This document shows, piece by piece, positions 52,504 through 60,193 of a stretch of 64,000 nt of DNA. Positions within the stretch are counted from its first letter, which is position 1, and the number at the start of each line of letters is the position of its first letter. The notes under the pieces are model-generated. The model worked only from the letters and a program-made list of their open reading frames with translations, made no database searches and was not told where the DNA came from. Position numbers and translations under genes: made by a program. The DNA is from a virus: positions 1 through 64,000 of the IMG/VR virus record IMGVR_UViG_3300033998_000095. One strand, given 5' to 3'.

Positions 52504-53952
52504 TTACTTATTATCATTTGCAAGTTTACGCAAGACCATAGCTGGATCAAATTCTTCATATGTGCTATAGATGCTCAATAATCCAGAAGATTCTCTAAAC
52601 TTAAGATTACCTTCCTGCGATTCAGCTTCCTTCCAAGGTATAAGCATACCAAGCTGTTCGAGATATTTCTCCAGCTTTTGCCTCACTTCTTTAACTACAT
52701 TTTCATTAACCTTTAAAGCTTTAAGGGTAGCATCATTAGCAAATACATCAGTTAAGGTTTTAATAGCACCAGGTATTGCATAAAGTTTTCCATCAATAAT
52801 ATCTGCTATGGGATACTGATATGCATCTATATCATTTTCCTTACCAGGTTCAACATATAGATGGGCTTGTTTTATTAATTCAAAATTTACAGTATCAGTC
52901 TTAACTGCAGCTTCAAGTATTCTCTTACTAGAATTGACAGGAGACCAAGTAGCATTAACAGCAATTGGAAGTGGAACATAAGATTCAGTCTGTTTTTCTG
53001 GAGTTTCTGCTTCTTTATCTGGTGCTTTTTTATTTACTTCTGCTTCTTTTTTCTTACATTTTGCCTCTTCAGGCATCTCATCACTTACATCTTCTAGTTT
53101 GTCAATATCTCTTAATACAGTATCCAAATCAGCATCTTCTGCTTCAGTTGTTTTTACCATATCTTTATCATTTTTCATTTCAGCATCAGGATCTTCAAAA
53201 TTCTTTGCTACTTTTTCCATAGCTTTATCTACACTAGTTTTTGCTGCTTCAACCTGATTTATGAAATGCTCTACAGTAGAAAGTGTTTTATCAAGATCAA
53301 ATTCATCTTCAGATCCAGCTTCTGGTTCTAACTCAGCCTCAGGCTCAGTTTCCTGTTCTGGTTCCACTTCTTCAGGCTCTTCTGCTGGTTCTTCTTGAGG
53401 TTCCTCTAAAGATACAATTTTATCTAGAAACTCACTTATAATAGACATAAGTATATCTATATCATTGTCCTCATATACATCTACATCAGATGCATCTGCA
53501 GGCTCTTCAACAGATACTACAGATTGAACTACATCATTCTCATCATCTACAGGAGTATCAACTGTAGAAGCAACAACAACAGGTTCTTCCTCATCTTCCT
53601 GTTCTTTTAAAGCTGTAAGTAAATTACGTAGTTCAGTAACATCATCAGATTTCTTGCTTACTGACTCTTTGATAGCGTTGTCAACTTGTTTAGCACTCTT
53701 TTTAGGTTTAGACTCAGCAACAGAGACCATCTTCTGAGAAACTATATCCTCAACCATAGCATTAAGTTTCTCAGCTTCCTTTGTTAACTTTGCTTTAAGA
53801 TCAGCAGTAATATCAACAGGAACTATATTACTCTTTTCAAGATCCTTAATAATCCTACTAGAAAACAATTCACTTGCAATATCATTCATTGCAGGTTCCT
53901 TTGAAAACTCCATTTCTTGAACCATTTTATTCTTCTTCTTCTCGTTTGTCAT
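52504..53952 (-). CDS. acidic prohead core/scaffold protein with a C-terminal head-associated domain
   Basis: E/D/P-rich low-complexity region; C-domain W..KRI..AHLY..YQYPIADIIDGKLYAIP of a type seen in phage head proteins. Confidence 0.55.
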   Translation of the reverse strand: MTNEKKKNKMVQEMEFSKEPAMNDIASELFSSRIIKDLEKSNIVPVDITADLKAKLTKEAEKLNAMVEDIVSQKMVSVAESKPKKSAKQVDNAIKESVSKKSDDVTELRNLLTALKEQEDEEEPVVVASTVDTPVDDENDVVQSVVSVEEPADASDVDVYEDNDIDILMSIISEFLDKIVSLEEPQEEPAEEPEEVEPEQETEPEAELEPEAGSEDEFDLDKTLSTVEHFINQVEAAKTSVDKAMEKVAKNFEDPDAEMKNDKDMVKTTEAEDADLDTVLRDIDKLEDVSDEMPEEAKCKKKEAEVNKKAPDKEAETPEKQTESYVPLPIAVNATWSPVNSSKRILEAAVKTDTVNFELIKQAHLYVEPGKENDIDAYQYPIADIIDGKLYAIPGAIKTLTDVFANDATLKALKVNENVVKEVRQKLEKYLEQLGMLIPWKEAESQEGNLKFRESSGLLSIYSTYEEFDPAMVLRKLANDNK

Positions 53953-53987
53953 TTTTAAATGACCTCCTATTTTAATATTTTCTTATT

Positions 53988-54875
53988 TTATGAAACAAGA
54001 GCAGATGTTGCTCCTGATCCCAATAGTGCTAAAATTGAAGATATTGATAATATTATACCAACTGGTTTAAACAATGCTTTAAGATACATAAGTTTCTCAT
54101 TAAGTTCTTCACTTAATCTATAAGCTATAACTGCCTTAAGAAATAAAACAAATAAACCACCCATGATTATATTAAGACTAGCTTGCTCATTAACAGTGTC
54201 TTCTTTAACAATAGTAAATGATATATTAGGTACTTCTGGTACTGGAGGAGTTAATTCTTCAGGAAGTGGTTCTGGTTCTTTTCCTAGTAGATTATTGTAT
54301 ATTTCTTTTGCATAATTTTTAATTTTACCCAACCAACTCTCTTTATCCTTAACATTGATAGATGTTAATTTTTCATTAGCTCTATTTAACCATATTGAAA
54401 GTGCTATCATTATAACACAAGCAGTCAATCCTCCAGTTAATCCAGCAAGCGATAAAGAAATTCCTGTTACTAATCCACCTACTGCTAATCTATCTACTAT
54501 ACCACTTTTAGATAATTTATCACCAATATATCTACCTACACTTTTAATAATATTATAAGCTAAATTAAGAGCAGCTTTGGCTGATTTTAAAATTAAAGTA
54601 AGAATTGACTTAAACCATTCTTTGTCTACTACATTTTCTATTTCTGCACCAACATGAGCATGTTTAATATATTCCTTTATTATGTTCTTAGGATTTTCAA
54701 GAACATTAGTAACTATTTTTTTACTGCTTGGGTATTTGTTTACAACATCATTTACAAATTCCTTAAAATTAGGAAGATCTACATTTAAGTATTTGCCTTT
54801 TTGTTTGGCATTCAATTCTACCTGTTGCATAATACGACTGCGTTCTCTTTTATCTGGTAGTGACATTTTTATCAA
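53988..54875 (-). CDS. membrane-segment protein, possibly an ejected head protein
   Basis: two hydrophobic hairpins separated by a Pro/Glu linker ending IVKEDTVNEQA. Confidence 0.5.
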   Translation of the reverse strand: MIKMSLPDKRERSRIMQQVELNAKQKGKYLNVDLPNFKEFVNDVVNKYPSSKKIVTNVLENPKNIIKEYIKHAHVGAEIENVVDKEWFKSILTLILKSAKAALNLAYNIIKSVGRYIGDKLSKSGIVDRLAVGGLVTGISLSLAGLTGGLTACVIMIALSIWLNRANEKLTSINVKDKESWLGKIKNYAKEIYNNLLGKEPEPLPEELTPPVPEVPNISFTIVKEDTVNEQASLNIIMGGLFVLFLKAVIAYRLSEELNEKLMYLKALFKPVGIILSISSILALLGSGATSALVS

Positions 54876-55074
54876 TGATTCCTCCCCTTTTCATTATATC
54901 AAAATAATAATCAGTATTGTAATTCATATTTGGTTATGATATAGTTTATTTAATTATATCATATTGTATCATTTATTTGTTACGATTTCTTTTAGAATAT
55001 GGAACAAATAATTGAATGAATGGGAACGAAATATAACCCAAAATAACAATAAATAATATAGGGGGTAATAAATA

Positions 55075-55848
55075 ATGGAAATGCAGGAAAGATTTTATGG
55101 AAATTTGGATAAGATACTTGTTGATGTAAAATCAGGAGATCTAGAAAAAATGCTCCAATGGATGAAAGAGTTTGGATTGACTACATTTGCTGCTATATCA
55201 GGTTTTCTAACAAGCATAATTAGTTCTTTAAAAGATATAGCAAGTAAAGGATTGGATACTATAAGTGGCGTCATCCCTGTGGATCAAATACCTAAAGGAA
55301 TAGCAACATTCTTTCAAAATGCATATGCTAGTCTTATGCAGGTACTAAGTAATGTAGTATCTCATCTAACTGGTGCTGCTAAAGCAATAGCTACAAACGT
55401 ACCAGCTACTGTAACTGTTGGTGCTGTAACTATATCAACTGCTCATCTTATCCTTGGTGGTGTTGCAGCTTCTGTAGTATTGCTAGCATTGTTTAAACTA
55501 TTTAATAATCTTAAGGCACAGCCATCTGAAAATACGTTTAGTGATGCTATGGATATATTTAATGAGATGCCTCTATTTGCAGAGAGTATTAGCAAACATC
55601 TATCTGAAGAAAATGGAGAACCATCCAAGATGGGTAAAGTTATTTCTACCATCCTTAATAAAGGTAAACAAATAGCAGATAAAGTTGTAGATATGCTCTC
55701 TTCTGGTGTAGATAAGTTGGAAGGTGCAGCAAAAGTACTGCTCAGTTCCAAAGCAGTGCGTATCTTGTTAGGAGTATGTGTTCTGTTGATTTCTGTTGGT
55801 TTTATGCTATTATTTAGTGATCAGGTCCAGAATTTAACTGCTGTCTAA
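55075..55848 (+). CDS. membrane-segment protein (divergently transcribed)
   Basis: SD GGGGGT; amphipathic and TM helices; followed by a terminator. Confidence 0.7.
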   Translation: MEMQERFYGNLDKILVDVKSGDLEKMLQWMKEFGLTTFAAISGFLTSIISSLKDIASKGLDTISGVIPVDQIPKGIATFFQNAYASLMQVLSNVVSHLTGAAKAIATNVPATVTVGAVTISTAHLILGGVAASVVLLALFKLFNNLKAQPSENTFSDAMDIFNEMPLFAESISKHLSEENGEPSKMGKVISTILNKGKQIADKVVDMLSSGVDKLEGAAKVLLSSKAVRILLGVCVLLISVGFMLLFSDQVQNLTAV

Positions 55849-55873
55849 ATTACTGTAAGAAGTAACAAAAAAT

Positions 55874-55908
55874 AATATAGCACTCAGGAAATACCTGAGT
55901 GCTATATT
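55874..55908. terminator. bidirectional terminator between convergent genes
   Basis: 15-bp stem aatatagcactcagg/cctgagtgctatatt with A- and T-tracts on either side. Confidence 0.85.
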
Positions 55909-55916
55909 TATTTGTT

Positions 55917-57650
55917 TTATATTAAAGTATCTATATCAACTTTCCATAAATCCTCTGTTTCCTCTTCATCAGTTGTGACTACTTCTTGCTCTTCTTCATT
56001 AATATCTTGAGTATTAACTGAAACTTTATACTTAGCTAATTTAACTGTGCTAGGATCTTCATCGAATATGATACTAATCCTCTCTGGAATATCAAACATT
56101 CTACAAACAGTATAATCAATCCTCATTAAAAATCTTATATTGCTAGGACCATCTCTATTTTTATCTATAATACCCCAAACTTCTTTATAGTTCTTATAGT
56201 TATCTGTATTGTTTAATATATCATCCACATCTAATGTATTATAATCAATTACAGTTTCTTCAACTTTAGAGAAATCAAATAGAACTAATACATCAGCATT
56301 TTCTCTCTTCCTAATAGAGCCAGCTATTTTATCTCCTTTTATGTTTTCACCATATCCACTTCTATTTACCTGTGTAACAGTTACAACAGGGATATTAAAT
56401 TCAACACTCATGGCTTTTAAATCATCTACAATCTTTCCTAGATCTATCCATTCTTGTCCAGTCTTACTCTCTGTGGTTGCTGCCAATTTATCAGCATAAT
56501 CTATAAATACTATCTTTATTTTAGTACCATATGTGCGTTCAATATCATTTATTAATGACATAATATCAAAAGTATTAATTGATCCAGGTGATCTCCATAC
56601 TATGAATATTTCAGTACTATTTGGCTTGACAAATACCTGATCATATTTTTCTTTCACATAATTATAGTTGTTTAATCTATAAGATGATTCAAATTCATGT
56701 TTGGCTATTCCAGTGGCACAACTTACAAATCTTGCCTGTGTTTCCTCTTTACCATTTTCTAATGTTAAATACAATACACCCCATTTTTCTGATTCAGGTA
56801 TATTGTCCAACTTTCTTCTTTCATCAAGAGATATCTTAGCAGTGTAAGCTAAATTAATTAATACTAGAGATTTACCTCCACCAGAAATACCTCCCATAAT
56901 GTAAACCCTTCCATTTTCAAAGCCACCATTAAAAGCATAATCAAATACTTTGTATCTAGTGGGTATATGCTCTTTATTAAGTTCTTGGAGAATATAATCT
57001 TCAAAATTAGAAGTAGAAAGACTTAGAATATCTCCTCTTGATAATTCACTTATTTTAGTTTTGACTACAGTCTCATCTATAATCTTATTAAAGATGCTCA
57101 TATATTCATCTAAATCTTTACATGTCTTGTAATCTTTAATGATGAAATTCATTAGCACTTGATGTTGTTCAAATATATTAAATAAACATTTCCTATATGT
57201 AAATTTCTCTTCAATAAGATTAATGACATCCATGGAAAGAACATCTTGAGCTACACAATATCTGGAAAGAATTTCGTTTTGAATAGATGCTAATCTTGAA
57301 TCTGATTGGAGTATCTTTTTGAAATCCTCTAAACATATATCTCCATCTATATACTTCTTTCTACTATCTATGCATTTATCAAGGATATTGACTGTAGCTG
57401 AAGCTATATCATCAAAAGCCAAAAATTTAATATTATATTCCTTTTCCTTTGATTTAATCATATTGATAAAGGTCTTGAATTCTTTGGCCAAAAGGGAAGC
57501 TATCTCCATAACATCTTTATCTGGTTTCTTACCAAAAGCACATCTAGTATAATATGCTACAAACTCATTACCCATAAATACTTTATCTGTTTCTATTATT
57601 CTTTTCAGTTCTTGAAACAACATATCTGGTGATATATTATCAGTAATCAT
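55917..57650 (-). CDS. dnaB: replicative DNA helicase (DnaB/gp41-like)
   Basis: Walker A GISGGGKS, YLTLEN, FIDYADKL, TVTQVNR, KNRDGP. Confidence 0.9.
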   Translation of the reverse strand: MITDNISPDMLFQELKRIIETDKVFMGNEFVAYYTRCAFGKKPDKDVMEIASLLAKEFKTFINMIKSKEKEYNIKFLAFDDIASATVNILDKCIDSRKKYIDGDICLEDFKKILQSDSRLASIQNEILSRYCVAQDVLSMDVINLIEEKFTYRKCLFNIFEQHQVLMNFIIKDYKTCKDLDEYMSIFNKIIDETVVKTKISELSRGDILSLSTSNFEDYILQELNKEHIPTRYKVFDYAFNGGFENGRVYIMGGISGGGKSLVLINLAYTAKISLDERRKLDNIPESEKWGVLYLTLENGKEETQARFVSCATGIAKHEFESSYRLNNYNYVKEKYDQVFVKPNSTEIFIVWRSPGSINTFDIMSLINDIERTYGTKIKIVFIDYADKLAATTESKTGQEWIDLGKIVDDLKAMSVEFNIPVVTVTQVNRSGYGENIKGDKIAGSIRKRENADVLVLFDFSKVEETVIDYNTLDVDDILNNTDNYKNYKEVWGIIDKNRDGPSNIRFLMRIDYTVCRMFDIPERISIIFDEDPSTVKLAKYKVSVNTQDINEEEQEVVTTDEEETEDLWKVDIDTLI

Positions 57651-57683
57651 AATATAAAAATACCTCCCTTTTATTTATCTTTC

Positions 57684-58673
57684 TTACCAAGTTAAATTAT
57701 CCATATGATCAATATTAATTCCAAATATATCTATAATTGGTTCTAGTCTCTTATAAATTGCAATATCAAGCATGGCATCTATATCTGGATAAAAAATAGA
57801 GGTATCTAAATTAACTCCTTCAGGTACTGTAATAACATCAATCTGATCGTTTTTAATTAGCAAACCCTCAACACGCATTTGCTTTAATTTCTTATCATAA
57901 TCTTTGATCTTGCTACCATCTACTTTACTTATAGTAAATGTATATCCTCTATCTCCTTCATAAAAGGTAGGACCATATATGACATTGTATATTTTCATGC
58001 CTCTTATAGTCTTTGTCAATACTTTATATTCTCTAGCACCCCATCCACCAGGAACTCCTAAAGTATAATCACCAGCCATAAGTCTGGTTTTATATTCATC
58101 TATATATTTGTCTATTAGATTTAAAATTTGAAAAGAGCTGTATTCTTCTCTTAATATCTTATCTATAACATCTTGTAACATCTGTTTAGTAAACCTTGGG
58201 AAATCTGCTCTAACCACCTCCATACCAGTGATACTTAGATTATCTATTTTCTTTCCTTCTTTGTTGATGATCCATAATGCATACTTCTTCTTTGCATCTA
58301 AGAACATAGCTCTCTTAATAACTAATTCCTCTTTAAATGTAAAGTTATATTTAGTGGCAAGCTCAGAATCACCAGCATTATGCCTTTTAAGCATTTCAGG
58401 AATGATATATTTATTAATATATTCAGAACAATTTCTAACAATCTTTAAAGTGGTTTCTGTCTTTTCATCTTCACTTATTGAATCATATTTATCACCATAT
58501 AATGACTTGAGCACTGGTTCAATAAAGAGAAACATTGAGTCAGTATTATGTACTAAAATGTCATTAGCAAAAAACATATGGTTATTATCAACTTCAATAT
58601 CATATACATACTCTGGTACATTATTTTCAATTTTCTCAACAGATGCTATTCTTTCCTTTACTATAGGCATCAT
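57684..58673 (-). CDS. polB: DNA polymerase B C-terminal fragment preceded by the split C-intein (aa 1-43)
   Basis: VYDIEVDNNHMFFANDILVHN|TDSMF (intein blocks F/G, Thr+1); then FKEE, AKKKYA, GMEVVRAD. Confidence 0.93.
   Translation of the reverse strand: MMPIVKERIASVEKIENNVPEYVYDIEVDNNHMFFANDILVHNTDSMFLFIEPVLKSLYGDKYDSISEDEKTETTLKIVRNCSEYINKYIIPEMLKRHNAGDSELATKYNFTFKEELVIKRAMFLDAKKKYALWIINKEGKKIDNLSITGMEVVRADFPRFTKQMLQDVIDKILREEYSSFQILNLIDKYIDEYKTRLMAGDYTLGVPGGWGAREYKVLTKTIRGMKIYNVIYGPTFYEGDRGYTFTISKVDGSKIKDYDKKLKQMRVEGLLIKNDQIDVITVPEGVNLDTSIFYPDIDAMLDIAIYKRLEPIIDIFGINIDHMDNLTW
58545..58673 (-). other. split intein C-fragment (IntC, 43 aa)
   Basis: ends His-Asn followed by Thr of the polymerase TDS motif. 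Confidence 0.93.
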
Positions 58674-59005
58674 CTAGTACCCCCTATTCAAAATATCCAT
58701 ATATATTATTATAATGATATGGAGTAAAATCCATATCGATCATATAGCATTGCCACAGCAGAACCACCAGGCTCCCTAAATAATATATCACATCAGGAGA
58801 TATATATCTCCAAATATTTTTTAACTGTCTTTGTGGATTAAGTATAGCATAATATCTCTCACTTATCAAGCATATTAATATTAATAATCTCTTTAATGAT
58901 ATAAAAATTTACATATATATTATTATAATGAAAGAAGAAGTTTGTAGCTGTGTTTTACAGGCTTTTTCTTTCAAATATTTTTTTTACTTTTAGGGGGGTA
59001 TTATT

Positions 59006-59224
59006 ATGTTTAAGGTTGTAATTGAATCTTTATTTAATGATAGGTATGGGAAAGGTAAAAGGAAAGAATTCGTAGTATTAAGTAAAGCAGTTGCTATTCA
59101 AAAAGCAACTGCATTTAGTAAGCATTCTTGTGTAGAAGTTATCGATCACCATAAACAATGTATTGCTTATGGAGATCCAGTAGTAGGATTCAAGGAGATT
59201 GAGAGTTATGAGCACAATTTGTAA
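59006..59224 (+). CDS. hypothetical small protein
   Basis: SD GGGGGGT; overlaps the start of the next gene. Confidence 0.7.
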   Translation: MFKVVIESLFNDRYGKGKRKEFVVLSKAVAIQKATAFSKHSCVEVIDHHKQCIAYGDPVVGFKEIESYEHNL

Positions 59225-59540
59225 GATATATAAAGCAGTACTGTCAACTACAGTACTGCCAAATGATGGAATTTATCAGGTAAGAACTCTTGAAACCTTA
59301 CCTGATATCACAGGGGTGCCTCATTATATAGGACACCCTGCAACAAAAGCAATTGTAGAACAGCTTGGAGCAGTTGAAGCTTCCTCCAAGCTGTTCCAAG
59401 GATTAGATGTTGGAGAAGCAGCTGTATGCTTTGCCATCAAGCAAGGGAGAAGTACTAGAAAGGATGAAGGGTTCACAACTCCTCATCAAGAAGTTAGCAT
59501 TGATGATCTTTCTGTAAGAGAGATCATCAGATTAGAGTAA
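59208..59540 (+). CDS. DUF1874/YddF (STIV B116, AcrIII-1 ring nuclease-like) family protein
   Basis: AVLSTTVLPNDGIYQ, YIGHPATKAIVEQLG, GEAAVCFAIKQGR and terminal IIRLE align by eye with B. subtilis YddF-type proteins; SD AAGGAG favours ATG 59208. Confidence 0.7.
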   Translation: MSTICKIYKAVLSTTVLPNDGIYQVRTLETLPDITGVPHYIGHPATKAIVEQLGAVEASSKLFQGLDVGEAAVCFAIKQGRSTRKDEGFTTPHQEVSIDDLSVREIIRLE

Positions 59541-59546
59541 TAGAAA

Positions 59547-59582
59547 ATGGAAATGATCTGAGAATACTCAGGTCATTTCCAT
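59547..59582 (+). terminator. hairpin after the DUF1874 gene
   Basis: 16-bp stem atggaaatgatctgag/ctcaggtcatttccat with one G-U pair. Confidence 0.65.
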
Positions 59583-59606
59583 AAATACATAATTAAGAAT
59601 AAGGAG

Positions 59607-60116
59607 ATGATAGTGATGATATCAATGAAAAGGTTAACAAAATTATTTGTTTTATCTTTTATTATAAGCTACTTCTGTATAAATACAGGATTAGCATATG
59701 GGAATAATCTACATTTAGGAACAATTCCAAATGTAGATTATAAAATAGCTGAAAATAATGGTAATAATACTATCACCATCAATGAAAGTGGCTCATCTAA
59801 CATTGATGTAATATTAGATGAGTATGGTGATGTTTGTTTTAATATCAAAAAGATAAATCTCTATTTTACTGCAAATATATTTGCTGTATTAGATATCCTA
59901 ACACAGCTTGATGTTATTGAACCAGGTACATATAGAAATATGATTTTGGATGACAATGGAGTGACATTTGAAGTTGGTGTTAGCTCTGTGAAAAAAGATA
60001 ACGTCATGATGTGCATTAGTAATCAAGATATATCACTAATTCTAGACATTAAAACACCTAAACAGTTTCAATGTCTAGAAGATATAGAAAACAATATTCG
60101 CTCCTTATTTAAATGA
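59607..60116 (+). CDS. secreted/exported protein with signal peptide
   Basis: MKRLTKLFVLSFIISYFCINTGLA signal-like N-terminus; SD AAGGAG. Confidence 0.65.
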   Translation: MIVMISMKRLTKLFVLSFIISYFCINTGLAYGNNLHLGTIPNVDYKIAENNGNNTITINESGSSNIDVILDEYGDVCFNIKKINLYFTANIFAVLDILTQLDVIEPGTYRNMILDDNGVTFEVGVSSVKKDNVMMCISNQDISLILDIKTPKQFQCLEDIENNIRSLFK

Positions 60117-60122
60117 ATAGAT

Positions 60123-60165
60123 AAAGATATCAAGCGTGATTAAACGAATCACGCTTGATATCTTT
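60123..60165. terminator. bidirectional terminator between convergent 59607..60116 and polB-N
   Basis: 19-bp perfect stem aaagatatcaagcgtgatt/aatcacgcttgatatcttt. Confidence 0.85.
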
Positions 60166-60193
60166 TATTTAAGTAATATATTTCACTATATAT

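Noticed and set aside
221-58677. Many plus-strand ORFs in the track (e.g. 221..757, 13996..14493, 45825..46310, 47520..48044, 58228..58677)
   Set aside because: They are antisense shadows of well-supported minus-strand genes, with no SDs or recognisable motifs.
58684-58869. 61-aa minus-strand ORF upstream of polB-C as a remnant homing endonuclease
   Set aside because: No LAGLIDADG, HNH or GIY-YIG motif and no SD; more likely the promoter region for polB-C and the divergent cassette.
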